Shown piece by piece: positions 51,916-63,849 of a stretch of DNA of 64,000 nucleotides (position 1 is the stretch's first letter; each line of letters begins with the position of its first letter). The notes under the pieces were generated by a model, which saw only the letters and a list, made by a program, of their open reading frames with translations, had not been told where the DNA came from and did not search any database. The DNA comes from Octopus bimaculoides. Its lineage: Eukaryota. The stretch spans positions 177,108,744 to 177,172,743 of the forward strand of contig NC_068981.1 of the NCBI RefSeq assembly GCF_001194135.2, given 5' to 3'. The position numbers were made by a program, and so were the translations under genes.

Positions 51916-52623
51916 GTGAAAGACACCGAAAAAACAAGTGAATTCCTGTGTTTGTATGTGGTTGTGCAAATCTTCATCTTTCTCTGCACATTGATTGTTA
52001 AAGTTCCTGTAATTAGCAGTTCAGCTAAAAAAATTAAATAAATAAGTATCAAGCTTTAAAAGACAACAGTCTTTAAAATGGTCAAAGCATTGCCGCAGTG
52101 GCTGAAACAAGCAAAACATTAATGACATAAACGAATTAATATGCTTGTGTGTGCGTGCCCCTGCTTGCAATTGAGTTAGATACAAAACTTGCTAAAATAA
52201 TAGTCGTGTAAAAGAACTTAACCACTCGATAAATACCACATGGATAAAAGAAGTAGCAAATACTGAGGTCGATATATTCGACTGAAACCCTTGACGGCTG
52301 CAGGTCCACTAATACTGACACCAACTCGCTATATCATTGACAGAATTTCTCGTTTTATATAAATTTAATAAAAAAAAGAAATTGTAAGGGAGATAACTCA
52401 TACATTTTTTCTCGTGTTAATTCCCCTGATAAAATATCCTGTATTTTTCTTGAGAAAATGTCAGTTTTGTTTTGTTTTGTTTTTAATGTAATGTACTTTA
52501 ATAATTATAATTTTTAGCTTGTTTCTTACATTGGTAGTGTAGCATTAATCTTATTACAAAAATGCTAATTCCCAAAGTTATATATTTCGTAACATGTTTA
52601 ACAATAATTATTTTCTTGTCTAG

Positions 52624-52751
52624 GTTCATTTGTGTGAAGCTGCCCGAATAACCGACTTCTTGGGAGAAGAATTTGTGGTGACAAGGACAACACCGCGGTC
52701 AATGTTAGTTGCTGTAAAAATGCTACGTCCCAGTGCTGATGACAGAGCCAG
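52624..52751 (+). CDS. DDR: DDR exon F: kinase subdomains I-II (VAVK)
   Basis: gtctag|GTTCAT acceptor and CCAG|gtaatt donor; 128 nt. Reads VHLCEAARITDFLGEEFVVTRTTPRSMLVAVKMLRPSADDRAR. Not in the ORF track. Confidence 0.95.
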
Positions 52752-53196
52752 GTAATTAATTAAATTTGACTCACTCTGAACTTTTCGTTTTCTCTGTCCT
52801 TCATTATTATGTGAACATTTTTAAAGACATAAATACAATTGTTAGCTTGAATAAGCACATCAGCTGGAGTTGCAAGACAATTTAATGATTGGAATCACTG
52901 TGTTATATATCAAAATATGAGTAGTATGAAGGAAATCTAGTTGAAACACTTATTTAAATCTGATATTTGTAAATTGTGTAAGATGTATCCAGAAACATTC
53001 CTTAATAACATGGAGGTACTTCTGCAAAAACGTATCACCTCACCAAATAAATTATATATATATATATGGATAATAATAAATGGAGCAAAACGCATGTCAA
53101 TAAAAGTTCCTTTAATTCCTACACATGTTTCGAAATAAATGATAGTACTTGTTGGGGTTCCTCATTTATTTCTCTTCAGGGAGTGTAATTTTGCTA

Positions 53197-53230
53197 CCTC
53201 TGGTAACTATTAACCTCTGGTAACTATTAA
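53197..53230. repeat. Perfect 17-bp tandem duplication
   Basis: cctctggtaactattaa x2. Confidence 0.9.
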
Positions 53231-53286
53231 CGTATTTAAATTATCGAAAGTTTTAATAACTGATATAATATTAATATATACATAAA

Positions 53287-53326
<40 letters not shown>

Positions 53327-53362
53327 CTGTTAGTTCCTAATACAATATTTGTTTTAATTCAG

Positions 53363-53560
53363 AGCTGATTTTCACAAAGAGATCAAGATTATGTCACAGC
53401 TTAAAGACCCAAACATAGTTCGTGTACTTGGAGTCTGCACACAAGAAGAACCATTATGTATGATTGTCGAATATATGAAATACGGAGACCTCAATCAATT
53501 TATCTTGGAACATGTCCCTGAAAGTCCTGTGGCTGCTGCAACCAATGCTAAGACAATGAG
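53363..53560 (+). CDS. DDR: DDR exon G: kinase alphaC to hinge
   Basis: ttcag|AGCTG acceptor and TGAG|gtaaat donor; 198 nt, phase 2-2. Reads ADFHKEIKIMSQLKDPNIVRVLGVCTQEEPLCMIVEYMKYGDLNQFILEH. Confidence 0.95.
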
Positions 53561-53873
53561 GTAAATACTAAAATCAGATTTTCTAATAACATTTTACAAA
53601 CGCATGTGTATTTTATTTTACATATAAATGTTAATAATTATATTAGTATTATTTTTAAACATAAAATAAAACAAAACAGGAAAGTGAAGCAAAAAATTTT
53701 CACTTTCCTGTTATTTTACAATAACTCTGCAAAATAATATTTCCATAATTCTGAATTTTATTATGTATTTGAACTAATATGCATCAGCATATGAGATCAG
53801 ATATTGGATTGTAATAATGAAATAAGCAGATGCACTTCAAGAGAAAACAGCTGGGATTTACCCTAACTACCTG

Positions 53874-53919
<46 letters not shown>

Positions 53920-54656
53920 AATTAGATGGTGTGTAAACCTCATGAAGGGATGGTTCATCCAAGGAAATACTGGTTCAATACCTAGTATTTTGGGGGAATA
54001 AATTTCCTTAAAATAATAGGTATATATACATAAAAAGATATAGTTTATATTCATTTAAAAGCAGAAAAGGAAATGGAGATTAGGAAGATAATAATTGTTT
54101 ATTATTAACAGCAAGTTGGTCATCTTCACTTACAGCCATTTCAGATATATTAATACTCAATAAACATTAAATTTACATTAATGTGACATGAGCACAATAT
54201 CATCAGAGGAAAAAAGATGTATATTTAGATGTTATGTGTGTGCTTATGAATTCATTTTAGCAGACTGAATGTTATGTGTGTGTGCACATATGTATATATA
54301 TATATGAAACAATGTTTCTTTATGTTATATATTTTTTTAAAGAATGTATCAGCTCTAACTGAACCTTCATGATGTATTCCCTTCTGTCATATCTACGTCT
54401 CATTTACCAGGCTGTGCTTTATACTTTTTCTCACACATTGCTTTCCTCTGGAGCTTCATCTCAGTTTCCATGAAACTTCAAGCATTCAAACAGATCGTTG
54501 ACTCTATTAATCTTACCCTGTTATTCTTACTCGGGGAGAGCTTAAAAAGGATATAGACAGTCTTTCTTTCAACTCAGGGACTACACCACAGCAATTTAAA
54601 GATAAATCTGAGAATGTATAATATGCTGCCCGTTAAAACAGTATGGCAACTAAGAG

Positions 54657-55123
54657 ATGGTCAAGGAAGATAAATCAACCTGGAAAGCCAACTATTTCAT
54701 CAAGATCATTCAATTGCTTAATGAATATCCCAAATGCTTCATCGTCAAGGCAGACAATGTTGGCTCCAGGCAGATGCAGACCTTCAGAATGTCACTCAGG
54801 GGCCATGCAGTTGTCCTCATGGGTAAAAATCACAATGATGAGGAAGGCCATAAGAGGTCATTTGGAGCACAATGCAGCCCTTGAAAGGTTACTGTCACAC
54901 ATTAAGAACAATGTTGGTTTTGTGTTCACTTTGGCTGATATCAGGGATAGATTGACGAATAACAAGGTAAAAACTCCTGCTCTTGTTGGTGCTGTTAGTC
55001 CTTGTGATGTGTTGATACCTGCTTAAAATACAGCTCTTGGTCCTGAAAAGACTTCTTTCTTCTAAGCTTTGTCTATCCCAACAAAAATTTCCAGTGGTCC
55101 TATTGAAATCTTGAATGATGTCC
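54657..55123 (+). pseudogene. RPLP0: Processed pseudogene of 60S acidic ribosomal protein P0 (uL10), 3'-truncated
   Basis: Reads [41 protein letters not shown]...[37 protein letters not shown]...LGPEKTSFF.ALSIPTKIS.G.IEILNDV. No introns; frameshift near 54830; TAA stops near 55024 and 55064. Confidence 0.95.
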
Positions 55124-55822
55124 GTAACATAGTTTGATTATTCAATATAGCAAGGGGAGATCATTGAGTTGTCTCCCTTTTTTCTTTTTTTTTCTTTTAA
55201 TATTTGGCACTGTAGACAACAGAAGTTTTTCTAGTACTCTTCCTGAATCTTTCCAATGTAGAAGAAGAGTAACAAATATCGAATTAAATAAATACAATGA
55301 ACAGTAAACAAATTGTTTTCACATATGACATACATTCAATGTTTCTAAAGTTAAAGAAAATACCCAGAAAATATTCAAAAAAAACATTTAGTGATTGAAA
55401 GTGGGTGGAAATGTTGTGCAATAGTGAAGTGAAAGCTGAATTTCAGCAGCTAAAAAGACTGACTTTAATCTGATAGATGATCGGAAACATTGAATACAAA
55501 TGAGATGATAAATTTAGAAACTAGGATCTCACAGGTTAACACAAAATAGAAATCACTTACCTCAACATCATCATAATCATTTAACATCCATTTTCCATTT
55601 TGGCTTGGGTTAAAATCAATAACTAGACTGATGCAATTTCATATAGCTAAAATGATTATTCATTAATTTTTTTACATTTATAATTTAACATTAACTTATA
55701 TTATTTCTTTCAGTTGTTCAAACTTGTCATCAAGTATTTCAATTGAATTTCCAAATACTTTGTTTCGTATTTCATTCTTCATATCATTTTCAATGTTTTA
55801 AATTTTCCATTTCCCTTTTCAG

Positions 55823-56057
55823 CTATGGTTGTTTAATCTTCATGGCGTCACAGATTGCATCAGGAATGAAATACCTCGAGTCCCTGAATATGGTCCATCG
55901 TGATCTGGCCACAAGGAATTGCCTTGTGGGCCACAACTACTGCATCAAGATCTCTGACTTTGGCATGAGCAGGAGTCTTTATAGTGCAGATTATTACAGG
56001 ATAGAGGGAAGAGCTGTCTTACCCATCCGATGGATGGCCTGGGAAAGCATTCTCTTG
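55823..56057 (+). CDS. DDR: DDR exon H: catalytic loop and activation loop
   Basis: tttcag|CTATG acceptor and TTG|gtatgt donor; 235 nt. Reads HRDLATRN...[34 protein letters not shown], with the DDR-type YxxxYY loop. Confidence 0.97.
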
Positions 56058-56329
56058 GTATGTTGCTTAAGAACCTTCGTCTTTTACATGTTAACTAAAT
56101 ATTCTTTTATTCTTTTACTTGTTTCAGTCATTTGACTGTGGCCAAGCTGGAGCACCACCTTGAAGGATTTTAGTTCAAACAACTCAACCCCAAGACTTAT
56201 TTTTTAAGCCTAGTACTTATTCTATCAGTCTCTTTTGCCAAATCGCTAAGTTACAGGAATGTAAACATACCAACACCAGTTGTCAAGCAGTGATGGTGGG
56301 GACAAACACAAAGACACACACGCATAGAT

Positions 56330-56536
56330 ATCATCATTTATCATTTAACGTCTGCTTTCCATGCTAGCATGGGTTGAACGATTTGACTGAGGACTGGTAA
56401 GCCAGATGGCTACACGAGGCTCCAATCTGATTTGGCAGTTTCTACGGTTGAATGCCCTTCCTAACGCCAACCACTCGGAGAGTGTAGTGGGTGCTTTTAC
56501 GTGCTACCGGCACAAATGCCAGTCAACTGGTACTGG
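56330..56536 (-). mobile_element. Truncated copy of the RTE-tailed retroposon nested in the SINE
   Basis: tcatttaacgtctgctttccatgctagcatggg...gcccttcctaacgccaaccactc, matching 32765-32960. Confidence 0.85.
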
Positions 56537-56626
56537 TATATATATATATATATATATATGATGGACTTCTTTCAGTTTCCATCTACCAAATCCATTCACA
56601 ATGCTTTGGTCAGCTTGAGGTTATAG

Positions 56627-57463
56627 TATTGGGTCATCCCATAAATAATGCAGTTTTTTCAATTGCACGAACTAAAAATCGGAGGGGGATGGGATAAACT
56701 ACCTGCATCAACTTGCTATAAAAGCAGGTAGTAATTTTACCTTGTCCTTATTCTTAGTGCAAGTTTTGAAGAGTGCAGTTCAATTTTAACAGTTATTTTT
56801 ACAAAGCTGTAATGAAAGTGACAAAGCATATTCAGCGTATTTTGCTTTATGAGTTCAATAAAGGCAACAATACAATGGAAAGTGTGAGGAATATTAATGG
56901 AGTATATGGGGATCAGACTATAAGCGTAAGCCAATGTCAACAGTGGTTCCAGAAATTCCAAGCCAGAAACTACAGCATAGAAGACGAGCCTTGTCTTGGA
57001 AGATCTGTAGAGCTCAACAAGGATGTCCTGCAAACCTATCGTAACTTTTGAGGAACTAGCAGAGAAGCTTGGATTTGGTCATTCAACCAGTCATTCAAGT
57101 CAGTGCTAGAAGAAAAGCAAACATCTTTGGTTTCAAGATGAAAGGTGTTCTTCCATCAGGATAATGCTCAGCCACACACAGCAAAAAGATGACATTACAA
57201 AGGCTGGAGCAGTTTGAATGGGAAGCAATGCCCCACCGACCAGACATTGCCCCATCTGATTATTATTTATTCTGCATTCTTCAAAATCATGTGGATGGAA
57301 AAAATATGAATTCTGTAGACTAGGTCAGAACAGTACTGAAGGAGTATTTTTTGTCACGGACAAGTGAATTTTGGAAGAGGGGCCTTGCAAGTCTACCAGC
57401 TAGATGGAAGAGCATTGTAGAAGAAGTATAAAAAAAACACCTTATTTATGGGATGGCCCAATA
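56627..57463 (+). mobile_element. Internally deleted mariner with TIRs and TA TSD
   Basis: TA-ttgggtcatcccataaataa ... ttatttatgggatggcccaa-TA (one mismatch). Reads HIQRILLYEFNKG...QCQQWFQKF...SIEDEPCLGR (HTH), VFFHQDNAQPH, PDIAPSDYYLF and GLASLPARW; the central part is deleted. Confidence 0.93.
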
Positions 57464-57696
57464 GAAAACACTTGCCCAAGGTGCCACAAAATTGGACTGA
57501 ATCCGGAACCATGTGATTGGAAAGCAAACTTCTTACACATAGCCACACTCCATTTGTTTGTAGTTCATTAACAATGAAACATTTAACAGCTGTGTTGGAA
57601 AAGGTTTCACAGCCATTACACAAATTTGATATGTGGAAAAATTAGTATTGTTAATGTGTTGCAATGCAGTTTGTTCATTGACAGAATTCCAGCAGC

Positions 57697-58243
57697 TAGT
57701 TAATTAATAATTCTTCTTCCTTGCCTTTAACCCTCCAACACGGGATATAGGCCACTTATAATTGAATTCCATGTCGCATAATTTTTCGCTTTTGTACTTA
57801 TACTCTGCCATGAATGTCCCCCTTTCTCTAGTTCCTTTTGTGTTGATCTACGCCATGAGTTCTTAGGCCTACCCATCTTTCTATATCCATCCGGTGTGTC
57901 CTTTCTAATTGTGCTACCAATTCACTTTCACTTTTTCTTAAATATTTGCTCCCTAATCAAAACTTGATTCATTCTTTGCCATAGCTCCATATTGCTTATG
58001 TGTTCGTATTTAGGTAGTAAGATAACATTCTCAGGCAGCACCGACGAAGATATTAAGACGAGAATAAGTAAGGCAAGGACCGCTTTTCACAAGTGTAATT
58101 TCAATAAAGAACAAAATAAGAATTTTTAACATTAACATAAAAGCGGTGTTATTGTATGGGACTGAGACATGGCGAACAACAGTTAAGTCAAATAAGCAAA
58201 TACAATCATTCATCAACAGATACTTGCGTAGTTAATTAATAAT
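57697..58243 (-). mobile_element. RTE LINE insertion with 5' inversion and 15-bp TSD
   Basis: TSD tagttaattaataat at 57697-57711 and 58229-58243. The 3' segment is on the minus strand (ISNMELWQRMNQ...RKMGRPKNSWRRSTQKELEKGGHSW, (GAA)n tail); the upstream segment is on the plus strand, 58034-58231 (GSTDEDIKTRISKARTAF...KIRIFNINIKAVLLYGTETW...SFINRYLR). Confidence 0.88.
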
Positions 58244-58287
58244 AGTTAGAATAATTTTTGAATAATCCTAAATTTAAATATTACTGT

Positions 58288-58511
58288 TTAACTCTTTAAC
58301 ATTCAGATTACTCTAGCAAATGTAATAGTTATTTAATCATTTTGAACTCCTCATACATTATCTTGTAGCTTCGAGATTTCAATGACATGATTGTTTATTT
58401 TTAAAATGACATTGTATTGGTAGGTGTGAAAGGCCAGATCTGTCTGATCTAAACATAAAACAGGCAGAACATTTGAGATTGATATGGCCAGTTTGAATAC
58501 TAAAGGGTTAA
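58288..58511. mobile_element. piggyBac-type MITE (same family as 5504-5718)
   Basis: ttaactctttaacattcagattac ... gaatactaaagggttaa. Confidence 0.8.
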
Positions 58512-58607
58512 TCTTGGGAACTCGAAGGAAATTATTGTGTTTTCAACATTACTCGTTTGTAAGTAAATATTCTGTTCATAAAATGTTGTTTATTTTTCCT
58601 AAAACAG

Positions 58608-58940
58608 GGCAAGTTCACGACTAAGAGTGATGTGTGGTCATTTGCTGTAACACTGTGGGAAATATTAACATTTGCAAAAGAACAGCCATATGAAGCGTTA
58701 ACTGATGAACAAGTTATTGAAAATGCTGGACATTATTACCGAAATGATGGACGCCAGGTTTATCTTCCACAACCGCCCAATTGCCCAAAGGAAATTTATG
58801 ATTTAATGCGTGAGTGCTGGAACCGACAGGAGAGTGAACGTCCGTCATTTAGGGAAATTCACATGTTTCTTCAACGGAAAAATATGGGGTATAACCCAAA
58901 GGATGAAAAAATGAATCAAATAAAAGTGCCCATCTGCTGA
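58608..58940 (+). CDS. DDR: DDR terminal coding exon: kinase C-lobe and stop
   Basis: aaacag|GGCAAG acceptor. Reads [22 protein letters not shown]...[33 protein letters not shown], then TGA at 58938-58940. Confidence 0.96.
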   Translation, partial: GKFTTKSDVWSFAVTLWEILTFAKEQPYEALTDEQVIENAGHYYRNDGRQVYLPQPPNCPKEIYDLMRECWNRQESERPSFREIHMFLQRKNMGYNPKDEKMNQIKVPIC

Positions 58941-59247
58941 TTTAAAGAAAACTGTACTGTATAGAGTACAGTCAGACCAAAGAATCCTGCAAACTCCAGC
59001 ACTGCCAAAATGTCCAGATGCCTGTCTGTCTAAAACTATATTGGTTTATTATTGACATCTATAAAGTGTCACAATGATAAAACATAAACAAGAAACCAAG
59101 CTTCAGGACATTAAGGAGAGATGTCCCCCATCCCTACAACCTTTTCTTTGATGGCCCCCAACGACAATATAGGCAGTATCTTTGTACCTCGAGCTATCAA
59201 TGAAACATTTTCAAACAGCGAGACTACTAAGAAATATATATATACAT

Positions 59248-59294
<47 letters not shown>

Positions 59295-59420
59295 TATATA
59301 TACGTATGTGTGTGTATATATATGTGCGTGTGTATATATATATACACACACACACATACTTATATATGTATATATATATATATATATGTATATGTGTATA
59401 TATATATATATATCAAACAA

Positions 59421-59454
<34 letters not shown>

Positions 59455-59900
59455 TTAAAAAAATTTAAAAAAACAATTTATAGAAAATGGTAAAAAAGAA
59501 AAAGAAAAATTTGCCATTCAATATTGAATATGTTCAATTGCTAAATTTGCATAAAAAAATTATAAAAAATATAACTTATGGTTGGGCTTATGGCAATACA
59601 AAAAAAAAAGATAAAATATAAACTAAACCTTACATTTTCTTCTAACTCCCAAATTTTCTCCTTCCCCTTTCCCTACCTTCACATCCCTTTTAACCTCTTC
59701 AATTGATGATCAGTCACTGTGTTATACTGCTATTCCAGACTTCTGTGAATGTCTCCTCTGTGTCAGACCTAAATATTGTTATGCACACACACACATACAT
59801 ACACACACATACATGCATACAGACACATTATAAACAGGCAGATAGAAATTATGAAGTGACACACCTTTATTTTAAACCCCACCTGCCAATAATAAACTAG
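58941..59900 (+). other. Probable DDR 3' UTR (3' limit unknown)
   Basis: Sequence follows the stop codon; an AATAAA lies at about 59891-59896. AATAAA is common in this AT-rich DNA, so the end point is only a guess. Confidence 0.35.
59232..59455. repeat. Compound alternating purine-pyrimidine microsatellite in the probable 3' UTR
   Basis: Mosaic of (TA)n, (CA)n and (TG)n. Confidence 0.95.
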
Positions 59901-60064
59901 CAGTTTACTACAAATATATTTTCCCTTTTTTTCTTCATTTTTTTTTTAAGTTCATCAGAAAATATTTTAGTTGCTGTCACTGTTTCCTAAGTATTACATA
60001 AAAAATTATTTTGTTGTGGTAGAATTTTTTTTAGATAAATTTCTTTTTATGTAAATTAATTTTA

Positions 60065-60755
60065 NNNNNNNNNNNNNNNNNNNNNNNNNNNNNNNNNNNN
60101 NNNNNNNNNNNNNNNNNNNNNNNNNNNNNNNNNNNNNNNNNNNNNNNNNNNNNNNNNNNNNNNNNNNNNNNNNNNNNNNNNNNNNNNNNNNNNNNNNNNN
60201 NNNNNNNNNNNNNNNNNNNNNNNNNNNNNNNNNNNNNNNNNNNNNNNNNNNNNNNNNNNNNNNNNNNNNNNNNNNNNNNNNNNNNNNNNNNNNNNNNNNN
60301 NNNNNNNNNNNNNNNNNNNNNNNNNNNNNNNNNNNNNNNNNNNNNNNNNNNNNNNNNNNNNNNNNNNNNNNNNNNNNNNNNNNNNNNNNNNNNNNNNNNN
60401 NNNNNNNNNNNNNNNNNNNNNNNNNNNNNNNNNNNNNNNNNNNNNNNNNNNNNNNNNNNNNNNNNNNNNNNNNNNNNNNNNNNNNNNNNNNNNNNNNNNN
60501 NNNNNNNNNNNNNNNNNNNNNNNNNNNNNNNNNNNNNNNNNNNNNNNNNNNNNNNNNNNNNNNNNNNNNNNNNNNNNNNNNNNNNNNNNNNNNNNNNNNN
60601 NNNNNNNNNNNNNNNNNNNNNNNNNNNNNNNNNNNNNNNNNNNNNNNNNNNNNNNNNNNNNNNNNNNNNNNNNNNNNNNNNNNNNNNNNNNNNNNNNNNN
60701 NNNNNNNNNNNNNNNNNNNNNNNNNNNNNNNNNNNNNNNNNNNNNNNNNNNNNNN
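60065..60755. other. Assembly gap (N run)
   Basis: 691 N. Confidence 1.
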
Positions 60756-63700
60756 TTATGCAGCAAACTGTGGCAAACATTAAAAAAAAATCCTAAAAAC
60801 TTTAATACTGAAAAAAATTCAATACAAAAGAGGAAAATAATTTAAAATTCAATTTATTGCTATCCTTTCTCCGAAGTATGGATGATGTGTAGAGACAACA
60901 AACAGAAACAAGCTAATTCCTAGGAAAAACGAAAGAAAGAAGAAAAGACATTAAATTTCTTTAAATTTCATAAGAAGAAATGAATTCAAAGAGAAAATTA
61001 AATATAGATTCAATCAATTTCCCCACTTTCCCCTTTTCATTATTATTATAATTATTCCAATTATTTTTCCTTTTTTTTTTCTTTTTTTTTTTTCTTTTTT
61101 TCTTTTTTTCACTTTTTCTGTTTGAAATATTCATTGTGATTTAAATTATTTCCAACTTTTAGCATTGCAGCTGCTGTCCATTGTTTCAAGCATTCTATTT
61201 CCATTCTAGTTTCTTAATTTTGACAGTGAAAAACTTTAACCTCCTTTCAAATATTTGTGCAAAACTTCCTCTTTGTAATACAAATATAATCACACACACA
61301 CATACACACAATTCATGTCAGTTTTAAGTTTGCAGCCTGTGAAACTAAAGAAAATTAGAAATATTTGGAGACCTGGAGAAAAAGAAAAAAATTCAGTTAC
61401 ATTATTTAAATAGATAGGTGTTACTTAACTCCTAAATCTTCTGTGTAAGTAGGATGCTTTGAAATAATTTGATGTTCGAATGTGAGTATTTAGCTCTCAA
61501 CCGATTTTACTATTGGATCCAATTCCTTGGAGGAAAGCTTCATCTTGGTTTGGTCACCTAAAACGTCCATTTACAATTTGCTCATTTCTTTTATTTTTTT
61601 ACTATTTCTTTTTCTCTAAACAGAAGCAGAAGAAAGGACAGATGTTTCCAATAATAAAATTTCAATTTGTACATTGGCTGGGATTTATCGTTAGGCTTCA
61701 TTTATTTGCTAAAATACTCCTGAAAATCAGAAAGAGTAAAAACCTGTAAAAGAAAAAATATGTTGACAATCTTCCTATTTTTTCATCAAAAATAAATTTT
61801 AAACCATTTCAATTCATTAAGTTGACATTTCTCCTTTTTTTATATATATTTGTAGATTATTACCATTATTAATATTAGTGCTATCATATAACCCTTGCAA
61901 TTCAATACTCATTGCACAAATCCTGAGATGCCTCCTTGTCTTTGATTCAGTATTGTCTAGTTTGAAAAAAAATTATGTTTCTGATTTAGTTAACAGCCTA
62001 AGAAACACCCTGGCCTTTTAGTTGCAAGGTCTTCTCAATGAAACAAAATAAAAACATAATTAAACAAATAAAAATGAAATGAATTGCTCAAACATTTTAC
62101 AACCAAAATATAAGCATGTTATTCAAATCATACAATGATAGCTTGTAAAAAGTTAATTATGTAGCTTTTTAAAAATGTTTGCAATTGAAAATGCTATACA
62201 TAAATGGTTGCACCTTGTGTACATTCGTGTGTGAGTGGTGTGTATGCCTGTGTGTGTGTGAGAGAGAGAGAGAGGGAAAGAGAGAGCGAAAGAGAGAGAG
62301 AGCAAAATACCTCCAATTTGTAGGCTTAATATTGAGGAGAATGAAAAGTTGCCATTGTATATATACTATGAGCAATATCACCCCCCCACCCTTTTTTCTT
62401 TTTTTTAATGGTTTCACTGTGGAGTTGTAAAACTATTTACCCGACAATCTTGAACTTACTTTCTTAGTTTTCCCTTTCTCTTTCTCTCTCTCTCTCTCTC
62501 TCTCAAATTTTTATCTCTAGTTCTTTCTCTATTGTTCAAAATATCTCAGGGCTTTGAGCATACTGTAAACAGGACTTTTGTTTGGGCAAAAATGATGAAA
62601 TCTTTCTGAATGGATCAAAAATGGTAAAAGCCATCACCAGTTATTTTGAACATTGAGTAGACGACTTTCTACACATATCCATATATATACAATATTATAC
62701 ATCCATATATACTGTGTATAAACATTTTGTTTCCATATATATATATATATTTTAAATCAATATTACCCAATCATTTAATAACAATTTTAAGAACTAGAGA
62801 ATTTAGAAATGGCAAAACAGATATGAAGTAGCTTTGACAAGCCTAATTTAACCCTTGAGATTTTGAGGTATTCAGACTAGTCCCCACTTCATGCTGTAAA
62901 TGCAATCATTTGAAAACAGATGAACTCAAATATTTGTTAGACTCTTTCCATCCTTCTGTCCCATGGTATCTATTACAAAAAAAAACTCAATTTCAAATGT
63001 TTATTTTATAAGTCTCTTTTCATTGTTTATTCCAGACACTGCTCTTAGAGGGAAATGTTCAACTAGTGATTATCAGTAGAGAGAGAGAGAGAGACAAATG
63101 TAGATTCCAGGAGGGAGCTTTCTAAATCATTTTATATTTATTTTTATTTTGTTGTTTTGCTCTAAATCATTTCTGTTTATTACTGTATGCTAAAGTCAAC
63201 CCTATACCTGTAGCCATCACAATCAAATTTACTGACAAAGCTCTTTTGTTCTTCAACTTTTACCTCTTTGGGTTTATTTCTGATCTTAACTGTATATTGT
63301 GACTATTTCCATATATAAATCTCTCTCTCCGTCATATATATATACATATATATATGTATGTATATATATATATATAAATGTATGTATGTATGTATTTATA
63401 TATATGAATGTATATATGTGCATGTGCACACACATACAGACACATGTATATAAGAATGTGTGTGTCTGCGTGCTTGTAACAGCAGTGAATAATTGCAACT
63501 ATATGTAAAAATAAAAGTTGAGAAAATGATTTTCAGCTTTTCAACTTCACAAGAACACCTATCTATGAAAATGCGTGAAACTAAAATCAAATCTTTTGCG
63601 CTAGCAAGTACGATTTTCTTGCTTTAAAAAAAAAATAATAATAAAAACAAAAAACAACAAAAACAAAAGACAAAAAAATTTTGGATGACCTCATTATACA

Positions 63701-63801
63701 ACGATAACTTGAACTGTAGCCAACCTTTTCAGCTGGTTGAACATGATCAATATTTATAAGGACGCTTTGTTACACTGTTTTTTCTCTCTATCTGATCTGT
63801 C

Positions 63802-63849
<48 letters not shown>

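Larger units (their letters stand above)
56103..57551 (-). mobile_element. CORE-type SINE split by two later insertions
   Basis: Tail 56103-56329, middle 56560-56628 and head 57464-57551 join into the same consensus as 14147-14532. Confidence 0.85.

Noticed and set aside
54330-54600. Possible inverted 3' half of the RPLP0 retrocopy
   Set aside because: Minus-strand translations show no convincing match to the P0 C-terminal half.
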